In this document: in pieces, positions 17,592 through 27,599 of the stretch
How the letters are laid out: the number at the start of each line of letters is the position of its first letter
How positions within the stretch are numbered: position 1 is the first letter of the stretch
Source: an uncultured Pelagibacteraceae bacterium
GTDB lineage: Bacteria > Pseudomonadota > Alphaproteobacteria > Pelagibacterales > Pelagibacteraceae
NCBI GenBank assembly: GCA_902540275.1
Contig: CACBMB010000008.1
Location: 9,623-73,622, forward strand
Direction of reading: 5' to 3'
Length of the DNA stretch: 64,000 nt
Notes under the pieces: generated by a model
Databases searched by the model: none
What the model was told of the DNA's origin: nothing
What the model saw: the letters and a program-made list of their open reading frames with translations, nothing else
Translations under genes and position numbers: made by a program

Positions 17592-18107
17592 ATGTACAAA
17601 TATATGAATATAATAATTTATACAGTATTAATATTGACTATTTTTTATTTTTTGTTGAAGTTTGTAAGCAATATTTCATCAAAAAAAATATCTAAAACTT
17701 TAAGAATTTTGATAATAATTGGTTTAATATTTCTAGCAATTTTATTTGCTATCGGTGGCAGATTCTTATTAACTTTACCTCTTACTTTAGCAAGCCTTGC
17801 TTTATTAAAGTTAAAAGGTTTGTCAATTTTTCAATTGATATCACTTTTTAGGTTAATCCAAACTTTAAGAAGGTCAGGAAGATTTTCTTTTAACCAAACA
17901 AATACAAACAATCAATCATCTATTTCTGTTTCAGAAGCATATAAAATTTTAAATTTAGATATGAATAAAAAAGTTACTAAAGATGATGTAAATAAGGCTT
18001 ATGTAAAGATACAAAAAAAAATTCATCCTGATATTTCTCCTGAAACATCTAGACTTTCTTCAATAGTTAATGAGGCCAAAGATATAGTTTTAAATGATAT
18101 TTCTTAA
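17592..18107 (+). CDS. membrane-anchored J-domain protein (DjlA/Tim14-like)
   Basis: Two or three N-terminal TM helices, then a J-domain AYKILNLD...AYVKIQKKIHPD with the HPD motif. Confidence 0.7.
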   Translation: MYKYMNIIIYTVLILTIFYFLLKFVSNISSKKISKTLRILIIIGLIFLAILFAIGGRFLLTLPLTLASLALLKLKGLSIFQLISLFRLIQTLRRSGRFSFNQTNTNNQSSISVSEAYKILNLDMNKKVTKDDVNKAYVKIQKKIHPDISPETSRLSSIVNEAKDIVLNDIS

Positions 18108-19066
18108 TTTATTATTTCAATTATTTTGTCAAAAATTTTTTGTGGATTAATTTTTTCTTTACCTAAAGTATTATGACTAACTGTTTTTTCTCCATCAGGT
18201 ATTATAGGAAACATTTTTGAGTTATAACTTCCATAAATCAAAGGAGTATCTGCCATTAAAGTAATGGTTTTAACATCTAAAGCAGCAGACAGATGACTAA
18301 AGCTTGAGTCATTGCAAATTGATAAATCACAACTTTTAATGATCGGCAAAGTTTCTTTAATTGAAAATTCATCTAAAGGAACACAAAAATCCTTAAATCT
18401 TGAATTAAGTATTTCATTTAACAGAATCTTTTCTTCATTTGCTTTACCTGTGGCAAGGAAAAACTTACATTTTTTAATTTTAGAAATTTTTTCAATAACA
18501 TCTAAAAACACTCTTGAGGGAATTCTTTTTGTGGGTCCAGATCCACCTATACCTAAAAGTATATTTAATTCATTATTGTCCATTTTAAATTGTTCTTTTG
18601 TTTTGTTAATAGATAAATTACTGATTTGTATATTAGGATCTTCATTTACTTCTAAATTTAATTTATCTTTTAAAAATTTTTTTGGAGTATTTGTAATATG
18701 CTGCTTGTGTTTGCTAAATAGTGGGTATTGGTAAATTTCAGGAATATTTGAAAATCGTGCAATTAGATTAAATCTAAGAGAAGAATTAAAGATAAAAACT
18801 TTTTCAAAATTATATCTTTTTAAATCTTTAATTAAATTTAAACTTCCAAAAAAACCATCATGAGTGTTGTCATTTTTACTATCTCTTTTTAAAATAAGAA
18901 TTTCATCTATATATTCAGTTTCAAATAAATATTGATTAGCTTTTGAGCTATCTTTTACAAGTAAACTAATAGGTGAATTATATTTTTTGTACAGAGCCTT
19001 GATAAAAGGTAAAAAAATAACAGTATCTCCAATGCCCATTCTATTCTGAATCGCTAATATTTTCAT
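18104..19066 (-). CDS. glycosyltransferase family 9 (LPS heptosyltransferase-like)
   Basis: RMGIGDTVIFLPFIKAL N-terminus and GGSGPTKRIP motif are typical of GT9. Confidence 0.7.
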   Translation of the reverse strand: MKILAIQNRMGIGDTVIFLPFIKALYKKYNSPISLLVKDSSKANQYLFETEYIDEILILKRDSKNDNTHDGFFGSLNLIKDLKRYNFEKVFIFNSSLRFNLIARFSNIPEIYQYPLFSKHKQHITNTPKKFLKDKLNLEVNEDPNIQISNLSINKTKEQFKMDNNELNILLGIGGSGPTKRIPSRVFLDVIEKISKIKKCKFFLATGKANEEKILLNEILNSRFKDFCVPLDEFSIKETLPIIKSCDLSICNDSSFSHLSAALDVKTITLMADTPLIYGSYNSKMFPIIPDGEKTVSHNTLGKEKINPQKIFDKIIEIIN

Positions 19067-19115
19067 ATGGTATTTATAAACTTTACTAAGTATATTTTTT
19101 ATATAAATTTTTATT

Positions 19116-20000
19116 ATGACAAAAATAAGTGGAATTTATGCAGCTACAATGTCAGTTTTAAATCCTGATTTGAGTTTAAATGTAAAAAAAACAATAGAGC
19201 ATGCTGAAAAGTTAATAGATGAGGGTTGTCATGGAACGGCAATTTTCGGCAGTACAGGCCAGTCTCAATTAATATCAGTCTCAGAAAAAATTAAACTATT
19301 GAATGAATTGTCAAAAAGTAAATATAAAAGTAAACATTTAATAGGCACTGGTTTAAATTCATTAGGTGAAACAATCAATTTTATGAAAATAGCCTGTACA
19401 TTAAGTTTTGATAAATTTCTGATAATGCCCCCAGCGTATTATAAATATGATGATGCTGAAGTAATAGAATTTTACACAAAAATATTAGAGTCAGTACCAG
19501 ATTGTAAAATAATTCTTTATAATTTTGAAAAATTAAGTGGATATAAATTTAGTATAGAATGTATCAACGATCTTGTAAAAAAATTTCCTGACCAAATTGT
19601 AGGTGTAAAAGATAGCACTTATAATTTATATGAAAAATTAAATTTAGAAAATTTTTCAGTATTCCCAGGATCAGAATTAAAATTATTAAAAGGTTTAGAA
19701 TTAGGGTGTTCTGGTATAATTACTGCAACTTGTAACGTGACAGCTCAAATGTCTAGAAAAGTGTATGATGATTTTTTTTCGGGTACAGATCAATCTTTGA
19801 ATCAAAAATTATGTGATGTTAGAAAAGTTTTTGATAAATATAATTTAATTTCTGGATTACATACTTTTTGCTCTCATGAAAATCAAATTTATAAAAATAT
19901 TTTACCTCCACTAAGACTTTTAAACAAATCAGAAGAAATAAATTTAATGGAATCTTTAAAAAATTTAAATTTTACAATTAAATCATCAAAGGCAGCTTAA
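19116..20000 (+). CDS. DapA/NAL-family class I aldolase (dihydrodipicolinate synthase-like)
   Basis: GTAIFGSTGQSQ (family GxTGE motif, with Q for E) and Schiff-base lysine context IVGVKDST. Confidence 0.65.
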   Translation: MTKISGIYAATMSVLNPDLSLNVKKTIEHAEKLIDEGCHGTAIFGSTGQSQLISVSEKIKLLNELSKSKYKSKHLIGTGLNSLGETINFMKIACTLSFDKFLIMPPAYYKYDDAEVIEFYTKILESVPDCKIILYNFEKLSGYKFSIECINDLVKKFPDQIVGVKDSTYNLYEKLNLENFSVFPGSELKLLKGLELGCSGIITATCNVTAQMSRKVYDDFFSGTDQSLNQKLCDVRKVFDKYNLISGLHTFCSHENQIYKNILPPLRLLNKSEEINLMESLKNLNFTIKSSKAA

Positions 20001-20001
20001 T

Positions 20002-21189
20002 ATGCAACTAGCAAGATTTCTTAACAATGTTTTTAAACAAGGTGGTTTTATTTTGATTGATGCCAACTCAAAAGAGTACATAATCGGTAAACCTGCAACG
20101 AATCCAATTAAATTAAGAATTCTGAATAAAAGCCTTCATTACAAATTATTACTTCATCCTGATTTATATTTTGGTGAAGCATACACTAATAGAGAAATTA
20201 TAATTGAAAATGGTACTTTAACAGATTTTTTAGATTTAGCTTTAATGAATTTTGGTAGAGGTGAGTTAAATTTTTTTAGTTATTTAATCAATAGATTAAG
20301 AGGGTCTTACAGATATCTAACAAACTTTAATTTTATAAAAAAATCCAAAATGAACGTATCACATCATTATGACATTAAAGATGACTTATATGATTTATTT
20401 TTAGATCCAAAGCGACAGTATTCATGTGCTTATTTCAAAAATGATACTGATAGTCTTGAAACTGCACAAAACAATAAAATTCAGCACATAATTAAAAAAT
20501 TAAATATAAAACCAAATCAAAAAGTTTTAGATATTGGATGTGGTTGGGGCTCATTAGCTATTGATATTGCTAAAAGTGCTGAGTGTGAAGTTACAGGTAT
20601 TACATTATCTAATAATCAATTTAATTATTGTAATCAAAAAGCAAAAGAAATGAATTTGGAAAATCAGATAAAATTTAAACTAATGGATTATAGGGAGTTA
20701 AAGGAAAAATTTGATAGAATAGTAAGTGTTGGAATGTTTGAACATGTTGGAAGAAAATTTTATAAAAAATTTTTCAATCAGATAGAAAATTTATTAAATG
20801 ATGATGGTATTTCTCTAATTCATACAATCGGATCTGTTAATCCACCTAGAGACCCACATCCATGGATAACAAAATATATTTTTCCTGGTGGATACACCCC
20901 AAGCTTGAGTGAAGTAACTACGCCAATAGAAAAAGCAGGTTTAATTGTTACTGACATTGAAGTATTAAGACTTCACTATTCACACACATTAAGACATTGG
21001 AAAGAAAATTGTATCAAAAATAAAGAAAAAATTGTGAAAATGTTTGATGATAAGTTTTTTAGAATGTGGGAATTTTATCTTGCTGGTTGTGAAATGGCAT
21101 TTAAGTGGGGTGATCAAGTTGTTTATCAATTTCAACTTACAAAAAATTATAAATCAACACCTGTCACTAGGGACTATATTTATCAATAA
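20002..21189 (+). CDS. cfa: cyclopropane-fatty-acyl-phospholipid synthase-family SAM methyltransferase
   Basis: HYDIKDDLYDLFLD, SAM motif VLDIGCGWGSLA, FEHVG, MWEFYLAGCE. Confidence 0.8.
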   Translation: MQLARFLNNVFKQGGFILIDANSKEYIIGKPATNPIKLRILNKSLHYKLLLHPDLYFGEAYTNREIIIENGTLTDFLDLALMNFGRGELNFFSYLINRLRGSYRYLTNFNFIKKSKMNVSHHYDIKDDLYDLFLDPKRQYSCAYFKNDTDSLETAQNNKIQHIIKKLNIKPNQKVLDIGCGWGSLAIDIAKSAECEVTGITLSNNQFNYCNQKAKEMNLENQIKFKLMDYRELKEKFDRIVSVGMFEHVGRKFYKKFFNQIENLLNDDGISLIHTIGSVNPPRDPHPWITKYIFPGGYTPSLSEVTTPIEKAGLIVTDIEVLRLHYSHTLRHWKENCIKNKEKIVKMFDDKFFRMWEFYLAGCEMAFKWGDQVVYQFQLTKNYKSTPVTRDYIYQ

Positions 21190-21218
21190 ATTATTGATAG
21201 AATTCAACTTTCTCAATA

Positions 21219-22409
21219 ATGAAAAAAAAACAAAAAAAATCTAAAAAGATTAGGAAAAAAACCTCAAAAATTAAAAAGATCAAAAGATTAAAAAAACCAA
21301 GAAAAAAAACAAAAAAAAAACATGTAAAACCATCAAAGAAAAAATTTAAAAGACTTAAGTTAAAAAGAATAAATAAAAGAAAATATGATCAAAATGCAAC
21401 AAATGCAAAAAAAGATAGTTTAGCTTTAAAATTAGTCAAATTACAGATAGCTCTTAAGCCAGAATTTAATTTTAAGATTAACTTTAATCTAGAAAAATAT
21501 ATTCAAGGTTTTTTTGATAAAATTTCTGAAACAATTTCTAATTATAAAATTTTAAAAAAAGATGAAAAAAGAAGATTGAAACTGGAAAAAATTGAAAATG
21601 AGAGAAAAATAAAATTAGAATTAGAGAGAAAAAAACAAGAAGAAAACGCTTTAAGACTTAAACTAAAAGAACAAGAACTAAAAGAAGAAGCTAGAATAGA
21701 AAAACAAAGAACAAAAGACATAAAACTTTTTTTACGAAAAGAACAAGCTCTTTTAAGAATAGAGCAAGCTGAAAAACAAAAACAATTTTTAAAGCAATTA
21801 AAATTAGATAAGCAGATAGAAAAATTTAGAATAAGAGAGGTTAAAGAATTAGAGAAGTTAGAAAAAATTTCACTTCAAGAAAAAAGGGAAGATTATACTG
21901 GATTACAAGATAGAATCGATAAACTTAAAGAAAAATATAGAATTATAAGAGATCAAAAAATTAAAGAAAGAGTTGAAGCTCTTGGAATTAAGCTTCAAGG
22001 AGATGAAGATAGAGAAACCTTATTAACAAAAGAGAAAGAATATACTATAGCAAGACAGAAAATTGAATTTGCATTAGAAAGTTTTTATAGAAGTGCAAGC
22101 AGTTTAGTATTTCAACTTAATAAAAGACACATAACAAGAAATATGTCTATCTTTCGATGTATTGACAGAAGATTTGAAACTGGTGAAGTGTTCATTAAAT
22201 GGGACGAATCTGAGGATGAAGAATGGTTATTACTTATTTATATAAAAGATAACTCACCAGATAAAGGCATAATAATTGAGGATAAAACAAATCCAGAAAA
22301 AAATATTTCTCATGAATTTAGAAGTGTTGATATATTTAAAGCCTCAGACACAATGGTTGACTCTTTAACTCAATTAATTGCAAGAAAAAGAGAAAAAAAT
22401 ATTAATTAA
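21219..22409 (+). CDS. hypothetical protein: poly-Lys N-terminal tail + E/K coiled coil + C-terminal globular domain
   Basis: 396 aa. Residues 1-57 are about 70% K/R. They are followed by about 200 aa of E/K heptad-like sequence, then a non-repetitive C-terminal domain. Confidence 0.6.
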   Translation: MKKKQKKSKKIRKKTSKIKKIKRLKKPRKKTKKKHVKPSKKKFKRLKLKRINKRKYDQNATNAKKDSLALKLVKLQIALKPEFNFKINFNLEKYIQGFFDKISETISNYKILKKDEKRRLKLEKIENERKIKLELERKKQEENALRLKLKEQELKEEARIEKQRTKDIKLFLRKEQALLRIEQAEKQKQFLKQLKLDKQIEKFRIREVKELEKLEKISLQEKREDYTGLQDRIDKLKEKYRIIRDQKIKERVEALGIKLQGDEDRETLLTKEKEYTIARQKIEFALESFYRSASSLVFQLNKRHITRNMSIFRCIDRRFETGEVFIKWDESEDEEWLLLIYIKDNSPDKGIIIEDKTNPEKNISHEFRSVDIFKASDTMVDSLTQLIARKREKNIN

Positions 22410-22437
22410 TTTTTTTTTTAATTATGTATTATCTTGA

Positions 22438-22731
22438 ATGATTTTAGGTACAATTTTTTTAATAATCCTTTATTTGATATTGAAATATACATTAGCTTGG
22501 ATTTCATATTATAATAATTTGGACCCTAGACTTGGAGATAGCACTTGGAGATTTACTTACGACTATCCTGTGATAGGGGAGAGAGACATCTCTGATTTAG
22601 ATGATAAAGATTTTGTAAGACTTAGAAGAAAAAAAAATAAGATTGTTTTAATAATGTACTCAATAGTTTTAATTATGTTTATAGCCTCTATGTCAGTCTT
22701 AAGTAAATTTTTATTATTTTTTTTTGATTAA
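22438..22731 (+). CDS. small two-TM membrane protein, unknown function
   Basis: 97 aa ORF with hydrophobic helices at both ends; no recognisable motif. Confidence 0.4.
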   Translation: MILGTIFLIILYLILKYTLAWISYYNNLDPRLGDSTWRFTYDYPVIGERDISDLDDKDFVRLRRKKNKIVLIMYSIVLIMFIASMSVLSKFLLFFFD

Positions 22732-23075
22732 TTTTTTAATTGTTTTTTATTTTTAATGTAAAGAAAGAAAGCAACTATTTCATAAATTATTGAAAATAAA
22801 TTAAAAATAATTGGCAATTTAAAAAAATTATAAAGAAATTTATATTTTGGCATTTTTTTCCATAATAATAAAAATGCTTCTGCACCACCCAAAACTTTTT
22901 CACCATCTTTGACATGAAGTCTTCTTAAAAGTTCTTTACTGTCCTTTAAGGTTTCCTTTTCAGCTAACTCATTATTTGTAATATCAATCCAATCAATTTC
23001 ATCTATTTTTTCTTTTTTATAAAGATCAATTTCGGCCTTACAAATTTTACATGAATTATTAAAATAAACTTTCAT
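22728..23075 (-). CDS. DCC-family thiol-disulfide oxidoreductase (DUF393)
   Basis: N-terminal VYFNNSCKICKAEI (CxxC) and a length of about 115 aa fit the DCC1-like family. Confidence 0.6.
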   Translation of the reverse strand: MKVYFNNSCKICKAEIDLYKKEKIDEIDWIDITNNELAEKETLKDSKELLRRLHVKDGEKVLGGAEAFLLLWKKMPKYKFLYNFFKLPIIFNLFSIIYEIVAFFLYIKNKKQLKN

Positions 23076-23160
23076 AATAAGAGAATTTATTACAAATTTG
23101 TGTCATATATGTACATGCGTAAAATACTCTAGTTGAAAATTCTATAAAACAAACTATTTA

Positions 23161-24582
23161 ATGTCATTCATGAGTAATTTCTTTGAAAAATCTGATTTGT
23201 CCAGAAGTGAAGCTGAAAACATTATTTCTGAGACCTTGCAAAAATGTGATGATGGTGAATTATACTTAGAAAATTCGAAATCTGAGTCTATCTTATTAGA
23301 TGATAATAAAATTAAAAATTCCAGTTATAATTCTGACCTAGGATTTGGATTTCGAGCCATTTCTGATGAAGTGGTTGCTTATTCTCACTCCAATGAAATT
23401 TCAAAGAATTCCTTGAAACAATCTTCAGAAAATTTAAAGTCAACACTAAAATCAGTCAAAGGTACTTATAATTACGAAATTCCAAAATCTAATAAAAAAT
23501 ACTACAAAAATATAAATCCTATTGAACAAAAGTCTCTGAATGAAAAAATTAAAATACTCAGTGATGTAAACAACTATTTAAGATCTAAAAGTGATAAGGT
23601 TAAACAAGTTACTGCTAATTTTTTGGGAGAACAAAAGTCTGTAGAAATAATAAGATCTGGTGGAGAAACTTTATCAGATGTTCGTCCTTTAATAAGATTT
23701 AATGTATCAGTTATGCTTGAGAAAAATGGTAGAAAGGAAACAGGTGTATATGGTGTTGGTGGTAGACAATCTTACGACATGTATTTAAAAGATGATAATT
23801 GGAAAAAAGTTTGTGATGAGGCTTTAAGGATAGCATCAGTAAATTTAGAGAGCAAACCAGCACCAGCTGGTGAAATGAAGGTTGTACTAGGGCCTGGTTG
23901 GCCAGCAATATTAATTCATGAAGCTGTTGGCCATGGTCTAGAAGGAGATTTCAACAGAAAGAAAACTTCAGCTTTTCATAATTTGATGGGTCAAAAAGTT
24001 GCAAGCGAGGGAGTTACAATTATTGACGATGGTACTATTGATAATAGAAGAGGCAGTCTTACAATTGATGATGAGGGGACACCAACAGAAAAAACTGTTT
24101 TAATTGAAAATGGAATTTTAAAAAATTTTATGCAAGACAGACTAAATGCACGTTTAATGAAAACGAGGTCTACTGGTAGTGGAAGAAGAGAAAACTACAG
24201 ACATATAGTACTACCAAGAATGAGAAATACGATGATGCTTAGCGGTAATCACACTCAAGAAGAAATGATTAAATCTGTTGATAAAGGTATTTTCGCAGTA
24301 AGTTTTGGTGGTGGACAAGTTGATATAACATCTGGAAAATTTGTATTCAATTGCACTGAAGCTTATGAAATTGTTAACGGCAAAATTGGATCACCGATTA
24401 AAGGTGCAACGCTAATTGGAGATGGTCCTTCAATTTTAAAAGAAGTTTCTATGGTTGGGAATGATATGATGATGGATCCTGGTATTGGAACATGTGGCAA
24501 AGCCGGACAAGGTGTTCCGGTAGGTGTTGCGCAACCATCCATATTAATCAACAAGATGACTGTGGGTGGCACTAAACTTTAA
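23161..24582 (+). CDS. tldD: metalloprotease TldD
   Basis: HEAVGHGLEGD zinc motif and conserved C-terminal GGG.VD...G.F wording. Confidence 0.9.
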   Translation: MSFMSNFFEKSDLSRSEAENIISETLQKCDDGELYLENSKSESILLDDNKIKNSSYNSDLGFGFRAISDEVVAYSHSNEISKNSLKQSSENLKSTLKSVKGTYNYEIPKSNKKYYKNINPIEQKSLNEKIKILSDVNNYLRSKSDKVKQVTANFLGEQKSVEIIRSGGETLSDVRPLIRFNVSVMLEKNGRKETGVYGVGGRQSYDMYLKDDNWKKVCDEALRIASVNLESKPAPAGEMKVVLGPGWPAILIHEAVGHGLEGDFNRKKTSAFHNLMGQKVASEGVTIIDDGTIDNRRGSLTIDDEGTPTEKTVLIENGILKNFMQDRLNARLMKTRSTGSGRRENYRHIVLPRMRNTMMLSGNHTQEEMIKSVDKGIFAVSFGGGQVDITSGKFVFNCTEAYEIVNGKIGSPIKGATLIGDGPSILKEVSMVGNDMMMDPGIGTCGKAGQGVPVGVAQPSILINKMTVGGTKL

Positions 24583-25899
24583 ATGGTTAAAGATCAAGAA
24601 TTTTTAAAGAAAAAAGCGGCATATTGTTTAGATTTAGCTAAAAAATTGGGTGCAACTGATTCAAGTGTCGTTGTAAAGAACTCGGTTTCTGAAACTGTTA
24701 ATTTTAGAAATAAAAAATTAGATGAGTCTAATAGGTCAGATGATCTAGGTATAAGTATTACGACATACATTGGTAAAAAAAAATCATCAATATCTTCCTC
24801 TAATTTGCTTAATGAAAATCTAAATGTTTTAATAGAGAAATGTGTTGAGACTACAAAAAATACTCCTGAGGATGAATTCAATTCTTTACCAGATAGAGAT
24901 TTATTAGCACAAGAAGTGAAAGATTTAGATTTATATGATGACACTCAAATAGAGAATGATCAAAAAATAAATTACTTAAAAAAATTAGAAGACGCTGCTT
25001 CCAATGATAAAAAAATTGTCAATACCGAGTCTAGTTTCACTCAAAATAAGTCTAATTTTATTTTAGCTAACACTGATGGTTTTTGTAATGGTCACAAAAC
25101 ATCTTCATTCACAGCTTCAAGTGTAACTGTCGCAAAAGATGAAAAAAGTATGGAAAGAGATTATGAATACTCTAGTAAATGTTTTCTTAAAGACCTGGAT
25201 GATGCAAATGAATTAGGTAAACTAGCTGCAAATCAAACTATTAGAAAATTAAGTCCAAAAAAAATTGGAAGTGAAAAAATTGCTATAATTTTTGATAAAA
25301 GGATAGCCAAGGGAATTTTAAGTACTTTTGCAAGCGCTATTTCTTCATCAGCGATATCAAGAGGAACTTCTTTTTTAAAGGATAAAGTTAATCAAAAAAT
25401 ATTTTCAGATAAGATTAATATATTTGACAAACCCGATATGCTTAAAGGTTTAGGCTCAAGAAATTTTGATAGTGAAGGAGTAAAGACTGATACACTTAAA
25501 CTAGTGGATCAAGGAATTTTGAAACATTATCTGATTGACACCTATAATGGAAAAAAATTAAACCTTAAATCTAATGGAAGATGTGGTGGAACAAGTAATC
25601 TTTATTTTGAAAATGGAAATATTAGTTTTAAAGATTTATTGAATTCGAATTCAAAAAGTCTCTATATTACAGAAACCATAGGTCATGGAAGTAATATTGT
25701 AACTGGAGATTATTCAGTAGGAGCAACTGGTTTTTTAGTAGAAAACGGAGAGTTTAAGTTTCCAATAAATGAAATTACCATAGCTGGTAATTTTAAAGAC
25801 ATGTTTCAAAATATTATTTTAGCAAATGACCTGGAATTAAAATATGCAACTAACTCACCAACCATGCTTATAGAGGGAATGGTTGTTGCTGGTAAATGA
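24583..25899 (+). CDS. pmbA: TldD partner PmbA/TldE
   Basis: 438 aa paralog-like sequence immediately after tldD, with C-terminus GDYSVGATGFLVENGE. Confidence 0.85.
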   Translation: MVKDQEFLKKKAAYCLDLAKKLGATDSSVVVKNSVSETVNFRNKKLDESNRSDDLGISITTYIGKKKSSISSSNLLNENLNVLIEKCVETTKNTPEDEFNSLPDRDLLAQEVKDLDLYDDTQIENDQKINYLKKLEDAASNDKKIVNTESSFTQNKSNFILANTDGFCNGHKTSSFTASSVTVAKDEKSMERDYEYSSKCFLKDLDDANELGKLAANQTIRKLSPKKIGSEKIAIIFDKRIAKGILSTFASAISSSAISRGTSFLKDKVNQKIFSDKINIFDKPDMLKGLGSRNFDSEGVKTDTLKLVDQGILKHYLIDTYNGKKLNLKSNGRCGGTSNLYFENGNISFKDLLNSNSKSLYITETIGHGSNIVTGDYSVGATGFLVENGEFKFPINEITIAGNFKDMFQNIILANDLELKYATNSPTMLIEGMVVAGK

Positions 25900-26867
25900 G
25901 TGAATTTTGTATAATTGGTTCTGGAATTTCTGGAGCCACAATTGCAAATCTTCTTAACAAAAAATATTCGGTAATCCTTTTTGATAAAGCAAGAGGCCCA
26001 GGAGGTCGCGCATCTTTTAAAAGAATAAAAGGCAAAACAGGTTTTGATCATGGCACTCAATATATTTCACCAAAAACTGAAGAATTTAAAAAATTTACTA
26101 AGAATTTAATTAAAAAAAGAATTTTAAAAGTATGGGGTGGTAAACATATTTTTCTTAATACAAAAAAAAAAGAAGATAAAAAACATCTGAAGATAATTGG
26201 TAAAAACGGAAACAATGATATCTGCAAATATTTACTTAAAAAAATTAACTGTAACTATCACAGTGAATTAAAAAAAATCTATTATAAAAATAAACTCTGG
26301 TATTTGTTATTTGATGGTGGAAGATTAAGATCTTTTAAAAACCTAATTTTAACTTGCCCTTTTCCACAATTAAAAAAACTTTCTAAAAAATTTATAAGTA
26401 ATACTTTTTTAAGTAAATCTATAAAGATGGATGCAAATATCACTACTATGATTGCTATAAAAAAAACTAAGAATTCAAATAGTAGTTATCTTTTTGAAGA
26501 TCCAATTCTTGGTTGGGCAGGAAATGAAAACTCAAAAAAAAGATTTAAATCAAAATACGATTTATGGACCCTTCAAAGTACATTTAAGTGGGCAAATAAA
26601 AGGATTAATAAAAACAAGAATAATAAAAAAGAAAACTCAAAAATTATGATTGATAAATTTTTTAAACTTTCAAATATCAAAAAAACAAAAATTTATTATT
26701 CATTAAATCATGGTTGGAAATACTCCTCAAATTTAAAATCATTTAAGATAAAAAGTTATTGGGATCCAAAGAAAAAATTAGGTGTTTGTGCTGATTGGTT
26801 TGTAGGACCTAGATTAGAGTCAGGATGGATAAGTGCGCATGATTTATACAAAAAAATTTCGAAATAA
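25896..26867 (+). CDS. NAD/FAD-dependent oxidoreductase (renalase/COG3380-like)
   Basis: Rossmann motif IIGSGISGATIA...FDKARGPGGRAS; ATGA overlap with pmbA. Confidence 0.6.
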   Translation: MSEFCIIGSGISGATIANLLNKKYSVILFDKARGPGGRASFKRIKGKTGFDHGTQYISPKTEEFKKFTKNLIKKRILKVWGGKHIFLNTKKKEDKKHLKIIGKNGNNDICKYLLKKINCNYHSELKKIYYKNKLWYLLFDGGRLRSFKNLILTCPFPQLKKLSKKFISNTFLSKSIKMDANITTMIAIKKTKNSNSSYLFEDPILGWAGNENSKKRFKSKYDLWTLQSTFKWANKRINKNKNNKKENSKIMIDKFFKLSNIKKTKIYYSLNHGWKYSSNLKSFKIKSYWDPKKKLGVCADWFVGPRLESGWISAHDLYKKISK

Positions 26868-26868
26868 A

Positions 26869-27549
26869 TTATTCAAAATTTTTTAATTTATATTCCCAAT
26901 TACCCATTCTTGAATAGGATATTTTTAATATCATTAAATTTTTACGATCATACCAAATATTAAAATCTAATCTTTTATCTTTAGATATACTCATATCTTT
27001 AGATTTCAGTGTAAAATGATCAACATCGTAAATTTTTCCATAAAGATCTATTTTTTCTTTACCTAAAAAAGTTACTACTTGATCCTTAATGCTCCCGGAG
27101 ATAGGACTTATTTGGGAACTTGCTTGTAAAATTTTGTGATTCCACCAATTTCCAATCACTTTATCAGCAGTGGCTTCTCCATTATATGAAGAGCCTTTAA
27201 TATCAAATTTTTTATTTTTTTGATTAAATGTTAAATTTACAAACTTTTTTTTATCATTTTGTAGAGTTTTAGAATTATATGAAACTAATTGATCTTTGTG
27301 ATATTTTTCCTCACTATAACCCTCAACTTTGAAAACTGTTGCTCCTAAAATTTTTACTACAAACTTTATTTGATTAGTAACAATAGTTTCTGCTCCATTT
27401 TTATTAAAAAAATAATGATTATAGCCAATAAGCTCTCCATTTCGAAAAATCTCCATCTCAATTTTCTTGTATTTAATGTAATGTCCAATGTGAGCGATTG
27501 AATTTGTTGGATAAATTAAGAGAAATAAAATGACTATAATTTTTTTCAT
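26869..27549 (-). CDS. secreted beta-rich hypothetical protein
   Basis: Signal peptide MKKIIVILFLLIYPTNSIA; no catalytic motif recognised. Confidence 0.5.
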   Translation of the reverse strand: MKKIIVILFLLIYPTNSIAHIGHYIKYKKIEMEIFRNGELIGYNHYFFNKNGAETIVTNQIKFVVKILGATVFKVEGYSEEKYHKDQLVSYNSKTLQNDKKKFVNLTFNQKNKKFDIKGSSYNGEATADKVIGNWWNHKILQASSQISPISGSIKDQVVTFLGKEKIDLYGKIYDVDHFTLKSKDMSISKDKRLDFNIWYDRKNLMILKISYSRMGNWEYKLKNFE

Positions 27550-27599
27550 TTAACAATTAGTTTAATAGACTTTATTAACAATAGAAATAACTTATTAAG

